Below are positions 25,751-39,143 of a DNA stretch of 64,000 bases, piece by piece. How positions within the stretch are numbered: the stretch's first letter is position 1; each line of letters begins with the position of its first letter. The DNA comes from Eledone cirrhosa. Taxonomy: Eukaryota. The stretch is from contig OZ024741.1 in the NCBI GenBank assembly GCA_964016885.1, forward strand, positions 162,192,001 through 162,256,000, in the 5' to 3' direction. Under the pieces are notes generated by a model. The model saw nothing but the letters and a program-made list of their open reading frames with translations. It made no database searches and was not told the DNA's origin. The position numbers and the translations under genes are program-made.

Positions 25751-25807
<57 letters not shown>

Positions 25808-25808
<1 letters not shown>

Positions 25809-27360
25809 GGCTTTCGATTGGCAGTATCGATAGAGCGTCAAAACCATGCTTTGCAGCACAGAGTTATGGCCATTTACGTTCTGAGTTCAAATCCCGTCGA
25901 GGTCAACTTTGCATTTCATCCTTACCGGGTCGGTAACATAAAGCACCAGAAATGTACTGGGATAATTGCTGGCCTTGTGCCAAAAAATAGAAACAATTAT
26001 TATTATGGCCCTTTAGGTTCTGATTTCAAATACTGCCGAGGTTAGCTTTGCATTTGTGTCGATTTGATTGTTGGCCTTGTGTCTAAATCAGAAACCATTA
26101 TTAGCAGATTGTAAAGAATCTCTACCGTTGGTAGATGGCCTCGAAGTAGTGGTAATGGGGATAGCAGTAGTAGTGTTAGAACTTAATCCAACACTTATAA
26201 ACCAGAAACTCACCTTTGTAGTGATGTCATTGAACTTGATTCAAAATTAAATCCATGGACAAAGAGAAAATGCACGTGAGGCTAAAAAATATGTCTTGGT
26301 CCTTCGATCAATTTTGTAATGTTTAAATTTTTTTTCTTCTCTTTTTATTTTTGCTTTCTTTGTATATTTTTGCATTCCTTACAGTTCAATGAATTTAATC
26401 CCAGATCGCATCAGATCAAATACTTAATCCAGTCGCTGCGAAATATATAGAAGCTGGTGCTAGAAATATTTTAAGATTTAACATTGAAACCGACTACTGC
26501 TGCTGTTGTTGTTGTTGTTGTTGTTGGTAGTAGTGGCAGTGATGGAGGTGATGGTACTGATGCTGGTGCTGATGGCGGTGGTGGTGGTGGTGGTTGTGGC
26601 GGCGTCGGCGGCGGCTATAGTTTTGGTGCCGGTGTTGGAAGTGTTGTTGTTGTTAATGGTGTTTGTGTTGGTGTTGTTGATGGTTGGTGGTGGGTGTGGG
26701 ATTGGGCGTGGTAGTGTTTAACCCTAGGTCAACCTAGAACGAGAAAAGCCATAGAGAAACATATTCACTGAGTTACCATTCCATATTTTCAGATAAGTAT
26801 TGTTCATTTTAGAAATAATCAATATGGACTTCGCTTTAAAACAACGACAAGGTTAGATTGAGATTTCAAAGAATTTACTGGCAATTCTAGTAACTCAGGG
26901 GACCACATAGAGACAAGCTTCTCTGTTATATCTTGGAGGGAAAATATTTGCATCTTTCATCATTCCTTCATACCCAACCTATCAGATATAACATTTATCA
27001 ATAAATCTCCATTTTGTTTCTATTCTTTATATATAGAGATAAACTGCACCTATATTCTACGTCATTTGACCATGACAATGAAAGTTCTACACGTGCTACC
27101 AAAACATACGTCTTAAAGGGTGAGATTAAAGTAAAGAGATTTTAAGCTCCAGTGAACATAGCTGGATAAATATTTTGTAAAAGATAATTAAACTAACAAG
27201 TTCAGAGAGATTAACAATACCAATGTTACCATGTTTGTTTTTTTCATTGTCTGTTATTATTGTTTGTTGCTTGTTGTTACCGTTGTGTTTTTGTTGGTGT
27301 TGGGGCTGTTGGTGATGGGGGTAGTGTTGTTGATGCTGAGGGGGGGTTAATGTTTTTGAG
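25808..27360 (+). repeat. Local segmental duplication, unit B
   Basis: Near-identical to 18625-20220 and 29797-31270. Confidence 0.9.
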
Positions 27361-27364
27361 GTTG

Positions 27365-29640
27365 GGATGGTGGTAGTGATGTAATGGTGGGAGTATTGAC
27401 GTCATAGTGGTGGTAGTGGTGTAATGGTGGGAGCATTGTTGTCATGGTGGTGGTAGTGATGTAATGGTGGGGATTTTGGTGTCATGGGGGTGGTAGTGGT
27501 GTAATGGTGGGGATATTGGTGTCATGGTGGTGGTAGTGGTGTAATGGTGGGGATATTGGTGTCATGGTGGTGGTAGTGGTGTAATGGTGGGGATATTGAT
27601 GTCATGGTGGTGGTAGTGGTGTAATGGTGGGAGTATTGACGTCATAGTGGTGGTAGTGGTGTTATGGTGGGGGCATTGTTGTCATGGTGGTGGTAGTGAT
27701 GTAATGGTGGGGATATTGGTGTCATGGTGGTGGTAGTGGTGTAATAGTGGGGATATTGGTGTCATGGTGGTGGTAGTGGTGTAATGGTTGGGATAATGGT
27801 GTCATGGTGGTGGTAGTGGTGTAATGGTACGGATATTGGTGTCATGGTGGTGGTAGTGATGTAATGGTGGGGTATTGATGTCATGATGGTGGTAGTGGTG
27901 TTATGGTGGTAGTGGTGTAATGGTGGGGGTATTGGAGTCATAGTGGTGGTAGTGGTGTTATGGTGGGGGTAGTGGTGTCATAGTGGTGTTAGTGGTGTAA
28001 TGGTGATATTTGTGTCATGGTGGTGGTAGTGGTGTCATGGTGGTGGTAGTGGTGTAATGGTGGGGGTATTGGAGTCATAGTGGTGGTAGTGGTGTAATGG
28101 TGGGGATATTGATGTCATAGTGTTGGTAGTGGTGTAATGGTGGGGATATTGGTGTCATGGTGGTGGTAGTGGTGTAATGGTGGGGATATTGGTGTCATGG
28201 TGGTGGTAGTGGTGTTATGGTGGGGATATTGGTGTCATGGTGGTGGTAGTGGTGTTATGGTGGGGATATTGGTGTCATGGTGGTGGTAGTGGTGTTATGG
28301 TGAGGATATTGGTGTCATGCTGGTGGTAGTGGTGTTATGGTGGGGATATTGGTGTCATGGTGGTGGTAGTGGTGTAATGGTGGGGATATTGATGTCATGG
28401 TGGTGGTAGTGGTGTAATAGTGGGGATATTGGTGTCATGGTGGTGGTAGTGGTGTAATGGTGGAGATATTGGTGTCATGGTGGTGGTAGTGGTGTAATGG
28501 TGGGGATATTGATGTCATGGTGATGGTAGTGGTGTTATGGTGGGGATATTGGTGTCATGGTGGTGGTAGTGGTGTAATGGTGGGGATATTGATGTCATGG
28601 TGGTGGTAGTGGTGTAATAGTGGTATTGATGTCATGGTGGGTGTATTGGATTCATAGTGGTGGTAGTGGTGTAATGGTGGGGATATTGGTGTCATGGTGG
28701 TGGTAGTGGTGTTATGGTGGGGATATTGGTGTCATGGTGGTGGTAGTGGTGTAATGGTGGGGATATTGATGTCATGGTGATGGTAGTGGTGTTATGGTGA
28801 GGATATTGGTGTCATGCTGGTGGTAGTGGTGTTATGGTGGGGATATTGGTGTCATGGTGGTGGTATTGGTGTAATGGTGGGGATATTGATGTCATGGTGG
28901 TGGTAGTGGTGTAATGGTGGGGATATTGGTGTCATGGTGGTGGTAGTGGTGTTATGGTGGGGATATTGGTGTCATGGTGGTGGTAGTGGTGTAATGGTGG
29001 GGATATTCATGTCATGGTGGTGGCAGTGGTGTAATAGTGGGGATATTGGTGTCATGGTGGTGGTAGTGGTGTTATGGTGGGGATATTGGTGTCATGGTGG
29101 TGGTAGTGGTGTAATGGTGGGGATATTGATGTCATGGTGATGGTAGTGGTGTTATGGTGGGGATATTGGTGTCATCGTGGTGGTAGTGGTGTAATGGTGG
29201 GGATATTGATGTCATGGTGGTGGTAGTGGTGTAATAGTGGTATTGTTGTCATGGTGGGGGTATTGGATTCATAGTGGTGGTAGTGGTGTAATGGTGGGGA
29301 TATTTCTGTCATTGTGGTGGTAGTGGCGTAATGGTGGGGTTATTGATGTCATGGTGGTGGTAGTGGTGTAATGGTGGTGATATTTCTGTCATTGTGGTGG
29401 TAGTGGTGTAATGGTGGGGATATTGATGTCATAGTGGTGGTAGTGGTGTAATGGTGGTGATATTTCTGTCATTGTGGTGGTAGTGGCGTAATGGTGGAGT
29501 TATTGGTGTCATGGTGGTGGTAGTGGTGTAATGGTGGTGATATTTCTGTCATTGTGGTGGTAGTGGTGTAATGGTGGGGATATTGATGTCATAGTGGTGG
29601 TAGTGGTGTAATGGTGGTGATATTTCTGTCATGGTGGTGG
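27365..29640. repeat. 40-bp (2x20) G-rich minisatellite; shorter copy at 31275-31805
   Basis: Unit GTCATGGTGGTGGTAGTGGT-GTAATGGTGGGGATATTGGT. Confidence 0.95.
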
Positions 29641-29796
29641 TGGTAATGATGTGATAGTAGTGATAGTGGTAGTGGTGATGTTTGTGTTGTTGTTATTGTT
29701 GGTGGTGTTGGTGCTAACCAAGGGGATAAAGGAGAAAGTCAATGACTTAAATAATTCACACAACAACAATGACATTGTCATTATTACTTCTGTGAA

Positions 29797-31805
29797 TTGG
29801 CAGTATCGGTAGAGAGTCGGACGCCATGCTTTCCAGCATAGTTACGTCCCTTTACGGTCTGAGTTCAAATCCCGTCGAGGTTAACTTTGCCTTTCATCCT
29901 TACGGAGTCGATAAAATAAAGTACCAGTAATGTACTTGGATAATTGCTGATCTTGTGCCAAAAGTAGAAACAATTATTAGCTAAAATTGGCTCTGCAGAT
30001 TGTAAAGACTCTCTACTGTTGGTAGATGGCCTCGAAGTAGTGGTAATGGGGGTAGCAGTAGTAGTGTTAGAGCTTAATCCAACACTTATGAACCAGAAAA
30101 TCACCATTGTAGTGATGTCATTGAACTTGATTCAAAATTAAATCCATGGACAAAGAGAAAATGCACGTGAGGCTAAAAAATATGTCTTGGTCCTTCGATC
30201 AATTTTGTAATGTTTAAATTTTTTTCTTCTCTTTTTATTTTTGCTTTCTTTGTATATTTTTGCATTCCTTACAGTTCAATGAATTTAATCCCAGATCGCA
30301 TCAGATCAAATACTTAATCCAGTCGCTGCGAAAGATATAGAAGCTGGTGCTAGAAATATTTTAAGACTTAACATTGAAACCGACTAGCTGCTGCTGTTGT
30401 TGTTGTTGTTGTTGTTGGTAGAGGTGGTGGTAGTGGAAGTGATGGAGGTGATGGTACTGATGCTGATAGTGACGGTGGTTGTGATGCCAGTGGTGGCGTT
30501 GGCTGTGGCGGCGTCGGGGACGGCTATAGTTTTGGTGCCGGTGCTGGAGGTGTTGTTGTTGGTGTTAGTGTTGTGGGTGTGGGTGGGATTGGGGTTGGAG
30601 GTGGTAGTGTTTAACCCTAGGTTAACCTAGAACGAGAAAAGCCATAGAGAAACATATTCACTGAGTTACCATCCCATATTTTCAGATAAGTATTGTTCAT
30701 TTTAGAAATAATCAATATGGACTTCGCTTTAAAATAATGACAAGGTTAGATTGAGATTTCAAAGAATTTACTGGCAATTCTAGTAACTCAGGTGACCACA
30801 TAGAGACAAGCTTCTCTGTTATATCTTGGAGGGAAAATATTTGCATATTTAATCCTTCCTTCATACCCAACCTATCAGATATAACATTTATCAATAAATC
30901 TCCATTTTGTTTCTATTTTTTATATATAGAGATAAACTGCACCTATATTCTACGTCATTCAGTAATATTTGACCATGACAATGAAAGTTCTAAACGTGCT
31001 ACCAAAACATACGTCTTAAAGGGTGAGGTTAAAGTAAAGAGATTTTAAGCTCCAGTGAACATAGCTGGATAAATCTTTTGTAAAAGATAATTAAACTAAC
31101 AAGTTCAGAGAGATTAACAATACCAATGTTACCATGTTTGTTTTTTCATTGTCTGTTATTATTGTTTGTTGCTTGTTGTTACCGTTGTGTTTTTTGTTGG
31201 TGTTGGAGCTGTTGGTGATGGGGGTAGTGTTGTTGATGCTGAGGGGGGGGGGGGGTTAATGTTTTTGTAGTTGGGATGGTGGTAGTGGTGTAATGGTGTG
31301 AGTATTGACGTCATAGTGGTGGTAGTGGTGTTATGGTGGGGGCATTGTTGTCATGGTGGTGGTAGTGATGTAATGGTGTGGATTTTGGTGTCATGGGGTG
31401 GTAGTGGTGTAATGGTGGGGATATTGGTGTCATAGTGGTGGTAGTGGTGTAATGGTGGGGATATTGGTGTCATGGTGGTGGTAGTGGTGTTATGGTGAGG
31501 ATATTGGTGTCATGGTGGTGGTAGTGGTGTTATGGTGGTAGTGGTGTAATGGTGGGGATATTGGTGTCATGGTGTTGGTAGTGGTGTAATGGTGGGGATA
31601 TTGATGTCATGATGGTGGTAGTGGTGTTATGGTGGTAGTGGTGTAATGGTGGGGATATTGGTGTCATGGTGGTGGTAGTGGTGTAATGGTGGGGATATTG
31701 GTGTCATGGTGGTGGTAGTGGTGTTATGGTGGGGATATTGGTGTCATGGTGGTGGTAGTGGTGTAATGGTTGGGGTAATGGTTTCATGGTGGTGGTAGTG
31801 GTGTA
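29797..31805 (+). repeat. Local segmental duplication, unit C, including a short minisatellite
   Basis: Near-identical to units A and B. Confidence 0.9.
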
Positions 31806-31928
31806 ATTCTTTGCTTAAACTTTAATCTGTTATTTTAATAAATATTTGCTCTACGGTTCTTATATATTTGATATATATTTATCCTTATCGAGCCCTCTTT
31901 GGATTTTAGTCTTCAAATTTATTATTAT

Positions 31929-31998
<70 letters not shown>

Positions 31999-32941
31999 TA
32001 CCACTATCACTACTATGACATCACTACCACTACCACAATGACACAAATATCACCACCATAACGTATATATACATATGTATATGTATATATACATGTATAT
32101 GTATATATACATATATATATATACATATGTATATGCATATATATATATATATGTGTGTTCACGTGCTGTTACTAGTAATTATAGTTATGTATTAATGAAT
32201 AAGTAAAGCCACCAGATTACATGGTGTTCAATGAACACAACATTAATATCAGATGAAGTATTAAACCCATTTTGTGTTTCTTTATTCGACTTCTCATTCA
32301 CTCAAATCACCTGAAACAACCTTTGCGTGCTTTATATGATATAAGTTGCACGCGAAAAAATAAACCCAATACGCGGGATGAATGAACAAAAGCTTCTATC
32401 TTCCTCATCAGCCAAAGTTTTCTATCCGACGCCTTAAAAACTCTGCCAATTCACCGTCGAAAAATAGACTATATGAGCACTAATACACGAGAAATGTTCG
32501 TCTTTGAGCGTTCTTCCACATTGACCAGTTATATATCACTAGCATGCGTAGTGTGCATATTGATATTATACGCTAGCAAGCGTAGTGTGTATATTGATAT
32601 CATACGCAAATATATATACATGTAGATATGATACATCAAATGAAATCGTAATTGACAATATCCACAGAAATTGAACGAAGACTGTGTTACACTGTTTTTT
32701 GTAATCAGTAACGTAATCCATGATACATTAAAAAAAGACGATATTATATATAAACTGCATTAGGAAAATATTAGTGACGGAAATATATGTGATGTTTTAA
32801 TAAGCGATCGCTAACCGGAAGTGTTGACATTTGAAAATTTTAAAGAAGTGAATCTTAAATAAAATGATTGATATTTAATCAAGAATTACGAAATCTAGTA
32901 GATAAATTATGTAATATTCATTCATTATTTATTCAAAGTAA

Positions 32942-33130
32942 GGGCGGTGAATTGGCAGTATCGGTAGAGGGTTGGACGCCATGCTTTCTAGCATAGTTAC
33001 GTCCCTTTACGGTTTGAGTTCAAATCCCGCTGAGGTTAACTTTGCCTTTCATCCTTACGGGGTTGATAAAATAAAGTACCAGTAATGTACTGGGTAATTG
33101 CTGGCCTTGTGCCTAAAGTAGAAACAATTA
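32942..33130 (+). mobile_element. tRNA-derived SINE, family 1 (representative copy)
   Basis: A-box-like TGGCAGTATCGG, B-box GAGTTCAAATCCC, body GCCTTTCATCCTTACGGGGTCGATAAAATAAAGTACCAGT, tail AGAAACAATTATT. Other copies near 2700, 13660, 18635, 18940, 21330, 25815, 29797, 33295, 36650(-), 37350, 43765, 44415, 45240(-), 45980(-), 54000, 55383 and 58588. Confidence 0.9.
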
Positions 33131-34349
33131 TTTATTCAAAGTAATCCAACTTATTTTACAAACGGGATAAAAAAATATATATATTCTGGACGCACTCCTT
33201 TCTTTTTTATATTTAAGACTGTGGTAGCGATGGTTGCGATCTGTGTATTTACAGGAACAATAATAGCAACAACGAAAGCCGTTATTATTACTAGGACGCC
33301 ATGCTTTCCAGCATAGTTACGTCACTTTACGATCTGAGTTCAAATCCCGCCGAGGTTAACTTTGACTTTCATCCTTACGGGGTCGATAAAATAAAGTACC
33401 AGTAATACACTGGAATAATTGCTGGCCTTGTGCCAAAAGTAGAAACAACTATTATTATTAACTTTACCTTTCATCCTTATGAGGTCGATAAAATAAAGTA
33501 CCAGTAATGCACTAGGGATCGACTTAAACGACATTCCTTTCCCCCAAAATTGCTGGCCTTGTGCTTAAATTAGAAACAATTATTATTGTAAAATAAGAGA
33601 ACGCCATCCTTCTGCACTGTCGCCATGTTCATTGCTTCTCATTCTAGGTATGTGTATCTCTCACAGAGGACAGTGGATTAACAGAGTCGTTAGAGCGTCT
33701 GACAAATATTTAGCAGTATGGATTCTGGTTGTTAACGTTATGTGTTCAAATCCCGACGTATTCAGTTTTGCTTTTCATCCTTCCAGGGTCGATAGAATAA
33801 AGTACTGGGGTTGATATAATCGACTTTCCCTTCTGACAAAATCAAAAACCATTATGTATATCTTATATTCATAACCACTCTCTCCCTCTTTCTTCTTTCC
33901 TTTCCTCTCTCTCTCTTCTCCTTCTCTTTCCCGCTCTTCCTCCTTCTCTAACTCCTTCTCTCTTTCTCACCTCCTCTTTCCCTCTCTTTCCCTTTCTTCT
34001 TCTTCCTCTCCCTCACTCCTTTTTTCCTTTCCTCTTCTTCCCCTCTTTTTTACTAACCCCCCCCCCCTCTCTCTCTCTTACATATTCTTGCCGTATCTTT
34101 TTTATTCTATTTTCAACAGGACATTTTCCTAGTTTCTTTTTGACCATCATGTAACAAAGTTCATATCGAAAAGTAATCAAGACTATTACACACTATTGAC
34201 CTTCTTGGTAACATGTCTGACTTATAGAATATTCTCCTTCTTCTTAAAGACTTTGAAGATGAAAATAATCGACAGGTTATTTTTCATAATTGACTAACCG
34301 TCATCCAGATGTGGATGTAAGTGAATGTGTGAATGTGTATGTATGTATG

Positions 34350-34962
34350 GGTCACTCTTGAGTGCTACTGGTAACATGTAACCCAGTACAACCCGTAGCA
34401 TGGTCGGGTCGTCGGCGACTAAACCAGCAACCCCACCAAGTTGGTGAGGAGGGTGATTTTTGGACACCCTGCACGACGAAAAACAAAACCTGACAAAGGG
34501 CGGAAGAACTCATAAGAGTCAACGGCCATCCAAAAGTGTGTAAATATGTATATGCACATGTACATATGTATGTATATGTGTATATATATGGGTGCATGTG
34601 TATGTATATGCACGGGGACATAGAAATAGTCGGGCTGGACACCCGATCGCGCGGTTAAACCACTGGGAATGAAGGACCCCTAGCCTTTGTCAGAGCATTC
34701 TTCTAGGAGAAGGCATCTCAGGAAACTGGGATAACTCCGATATAAAACCTGCGGCTCAGTAGTTACCGATGATGTTGATCTTTTCTTCTTTTAGGGTTAT
34801 AGCTACTGTCGCTCAGAGAGTGGGATTGGTTCAGTGCACAGCCTTTCCTCACTTTAAAAAATATATTCACGCACAGGCATTGCACGATAGAATTAATTAA
34901 TAATTATTAATAATGGTATATCGTGCAATGGCCATACTTGATAACGAGGGGGCAGCCATCAT
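34350..34962 (+). mobile_element. Bipartite non-autonomous RTE-like element
   Basis: Same structured 5' leader as 11040-11360, and a related 3' tail TGGCCATACTTGATAACGAGGGGGCAGCCATCAT before (TATG)n. Confidence 0.65.
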
Positions 34963-34984
34963 ATACGTATGTATGTATGTTTTG

Positions 34985-35170
34985 GGGGTTGCTGGGTTTC
35001 CACTTACCCTCCTCGCCAGACCATGGTCTGGTGGGGGAACCGTCTTAGTCGGCGTCTAAACTGGCTCCCACACCAGAGCCTTGTCTGGCGAGGAAGATAA
35101 GTGAAAACCCACCAGCACACAAACAAGAGCTGTCAAAGGGTGGATGAACTCCAGAGTCAACGGCCATCTA
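34985..35170 (+). mobile_element. 5' leader of a related RTE-like family forming a long hairpin
   Basis: TGGGTTTCCACTTACCCTCCTCGCCAGAC pairs with GTCTGGCGAGGAAGATAAGTGAAAACCCA. Shares GTCGGCG.CTAAAC and CTG.CAAAGGG.GGA.GAACTC..AGAGTCAACGGCCATC with the 34350 element. Confidence 0.55.
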
Positions 35171-35565
35171 CGCTAACTATGGGTTAACTTGCGTCACCAA
35201 CCTGCAATTGGCCAATACACTCCCTAGAGAGGTTAAACTATATGACAAAAAACATGCGATCCTTATATCTGTCTCGTTATCTTGTCAATGGGTGGAGAGG
35301 GTGATATGTGTGTAGCACAAGCACGTAGCATTGCCATCAAGATTCTGTTGGTGGTGCATGAGCGGAGTTAAATATTATTGGGGCCGTGTTTACCACGGTT
35401 CCTTTATGACTGTTATGCAATACACCTGATGATGTCGCTGGAATTCTACTGGCCAAATAGTGTCTGCAAAAATAAAAACTTTAAAGGAATTTCAACTTTC
35501 CATCCTCCTGTCACTTTATTCAATGATTATATTATACATACATATATACATTTATATAAGATCAT

Positions 35566-35802
35566 CTTCGGTCACAAATGACCATGAGATTCTCCACCAG
35601 AAATTTCCCTGAGCATAAGCCCGGCCAAGGTTGTTTGTGGAAGAATAGCAGTTGCTAATGCATACCAGTCTCTCCTCTCCACGCCACTGATACAGCTTGG
35701 CATCAGTGACGTCATAACTCATTTCTGCAGCTGAGTAAACTGGGAATCGAACTCACAACCTCACTATTGCAAGCCCAACGCTGTAACCACTAGCCTCGCG
35801 CC
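35566..35802 (-). mobile_element. tRNA-derived SINE, family 3
   Basis: Minus strand has a tRNA-like head TAGTGGTTACAGCGTTGGGCTTGCAA...GAGTTCGATTCCCAG followed by a body distinct from the other families. Confidence 0.65.
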
Positions 35803-37459
35803 TTATACTGTATATAACTGCAAAAAGAGAGGAGGAATGAAATAAAAAAAAGAGAAAGATATGAAATGTTTATTGAAAAATGTAATACCTGATAGATTAA
35901 ATATGGAGAAAAAAATATGATCGGAAGACAGTTTTGAGTGACATATGTATGTATGCATGTATGTATGTATGCATGTATGTATATGTGTATATATGTAAGT
36001 GTGTGCGCATGTTTGTAGGAATGTTCATTTAAAAGAATGCATTCACTCGAATCGTATGTATGTATATATATATATATATATATACGGATTTATAACTAAT
36101 TTCATATTGGTATTGAGAGTGTACACAATGATTTCTCACTTCTCGAAACGTCCATGGGGTATTATCAATGGATTTAGAGAATCATTCGCCTATCTTCTCA
36201 TATACACTAGTGATGACATCGCGTGTTGTATTCATTGCCAAGACCATTCAAGATAGTTTAGGAAGGACGAAACGAAGTAAGATGTTAATGAGAACGTTTA
36301 AGTACTTAAGAGAAAAGCATATATTTATAGAACATCTGCAAGTTCACAATTAATTTCATGTTGGTATTGGGAGAGAATTCAGTGAGGTGCTCTAATCGGA
36401 AGATTAACGGACCTTCAGATAAATTCGGATTTGTTCTCATAAACAATGGTAATAATATCACGTGTTCCATTGATTTCATTGCCAAGATCATTGTAGGCTG
36501 CATAAGATCAGATGGTTTTGTGAGATGTTAATGAAAGTGGAATGTAATCTGTGACGTATTCAACAAGTATTTAAGAGAAAATACATTCGGCTAAACTTAG
36601 AAAATAAGTAGACACAGCTATGCATTTATACTTACACGTACCAATAATTCTTTTTAATATTGGTACAAGGACAGTATTTTAAAGAAATGGGAAAACTGAT
36701 TAACTCGACCCAGCACTTGATGGTATTTTATTTTATCGACCCCCAAAAGATGAAAGGCAAAGTTGACCACGACGGAATTTGAACTCAGAATGTAAAGAGA
36801 CGGAAAGAATATTGCTGAACAGTTGCCCGATGCTCTAACGGCTCTGCTAATTGACTACCATTACACGTATACAAGAATTTATACAAACACTCATACATTT
36901 ATGCTCCACACAACTTAAATTATTTGACATTGAAATGTTTGATACCAAATTCAATGTTATTTGTTCAGCTATATTTTATATCCAACGTGATTTCTCGTCC
37001 TGATAGGAATAGCTGTAAAATTACACTTAAGTAACACTCTTCTTCTCCCACTTATTCCTGAGAGGGTCGCGCAAGAAGAGTCCTCAAACATTCTTTCCAG
37101 CGGATCCTGTCAAAAGCAACCGTTTCCAACTGAGGGACAAGAAGGAAACATAGCTGGTTTAATAGTTTATCTGAGATTAATATGTCGTGTTCACTGAACC
37201 ATGTAATCTAGAGGAATTAGTATTCATTAATATATAAATGTAATTAGTAGTAACAACACGTCAAGGAACTTATCATGGGTAAATATATATACACGTATAT
37301 ATATAATTTTGTACGTCATTCAGTAATATCTGACCATATTATTGACTTTGAGTTCAAATCCCGCCGAGGTTAACTTTGCCTTTCATCCTTACGGGGTCGA
37401 TAAAATGAAGTACCAGTAATACACTGGGTAATTGCTGGCCTTGTGCCTAACGTAGAAAC

Positions 37460-38668
37460 AATTATCGACTTTGCCTTTCATCCTTACGGGGTCGATAAAA
37501 TAAAGTACCAGTAATGCACTCTGGGTAATTGCTGGCCTTGTGCCTAAAGTAGAAACAATTATATATATATAATCTTGTACGTCATTCAGTAATATCTGAC
37601 CATGACAATGAAAATTCCACACGTCATTCTAAAAGAGACGTCTTAAAGGGTGAGGTTAAAGTAAAGAGATTTTAAGCTCCAGTGAACATAGCTAAATGTA
37701 TCTTTTGTAAAAGGGTTAGGTAATAAGCAGACTAATTTGAGTTGTTTTAATTAAACTAACAAGTTCACAGGGATTATCTAACTTGTACATCTATACCAAT
37801 GTTACTGTGTTTGTTGTTTTATTATTCGATATTGCTGTTTCTGGTGATGGTGCTGGTGGTTGTAATTGTGGTGGGAGTGGTTTGGATGTTGACGTTTGTG
37901 GTGGTGGTATTGGTGGATGTGGTGGTGGTGGTGGTGGTATTGGTGGATGTGGTGGTTGCGGTGGTGGTGGTGGTGGTGGTGATGTGTAGTGGTGGTGGTG
38001 GTGGTGGTAATGCTGGTAGTGTTATTAGTAGTGAAAGTGGTAGTGGAGGTAGTGGTGATTGTAAAGAAGATAATGGAGGTTTATGATTTAGATCATTCCT
38101 AGGACACCAATGGCATTGTCATACTTTTATTAGTATTGTGTCTACTTTCTTGCTCGGTCAAGGGAACGAAGATAAATCAAGGAAATGAAGATAAACCCAT
38201 ATGTTGACCTTGTTATACAAACTAATAGCACTGGGCCTTTTAGATTATTTTCGTTCAGTTCCTTGTAGTTTTAATAATGTAAGGTACCCTTTGTCGGATG
38301 TGTATTTAACTCTTCGTATGTCTGAAATCAAGGCGACGAATGCAAATCCCGCTGAGTTCGAATCCCAGGTCGATAAATGAATTACTATTCCAAGACAGGG
38401 ATCTATTCTGTTTCGCTCTGAGAGAAATTGGCTGACTGACTTACATTTCTTTAAATCTAGAATATTTCTATATTCTTTTAATTTTCGACAAAATACATTA
38501 CTGGAATCATTAATCACATTCTAACCTGAGGTAGGGGATTGGCAGAGTAGATAGAACGTCGGTTAAAATTATTTTCATTATTCCTTCCGGTCCCCTGTGC
38601 CCTCTCAGTTCAAATCCCGTCATTTTGGCAGACACTAGTATAGATTTGAACTTAGAGGACACAGGGAG

Positions 38669-38728
<60 letters not shown>

Positions 38729-38752
38729 CTCCCTGTGCCTATATAGTATTAT

Positions 38753-38786
<34 letters not shown>

Positions 38787-38935
38787 ATAATAATAAATTT
38801 GAAGACTAAAATCCAAAGAAGGCTCGATAAGGATAAGGATATATCAAATATATAAGAACCGTAGAGCAAATATTTATTAAAAGGGTTAAGGGTGAAAGCA
38901 CCGATTATTTGCTTAAACTTTAATCTGTTACTTTA

Positions 38936-38975
<40 letters not shown>

Positions 38976-39054
38976 GGGTGTCGCCCAAAATGTATACACA
39001 CTTTGATTACCTGTACAGGCAAGTGTGTATACATTTCTTTGGGACACACACATA

Positions 39055-39143
<89 letters not shown>

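Noticed and set aside
32812-32823. ETS-like ACCGGAAGTG; also YY1-like motifs near 49868 and 62836 and a first-exon-like GC patch at 42585-42680
   Set aside because: Short motifs are expected by chance in 64 kb, and no linked gene was identified.
32942-33040. tRNA gene
   Set aside because: A and B boxes are present, but the sequence continues into a SINE body, occurs in many diverged copies and shows no clean cloverleaf.
34120-34316. Exon-like segments with good splice signals
   Set aside because: Stops in all frames and an implied intron of only 42 nt. One homopolymer correction would open the first segment, but there is no other support.
35420-35465. Hammerhead-like CTGATGA; also a degenerate one at 61480-61580(-)
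   Set aside because: Core nucleotides are mutated (CAAA, CCGATGA) and the stems are poor.
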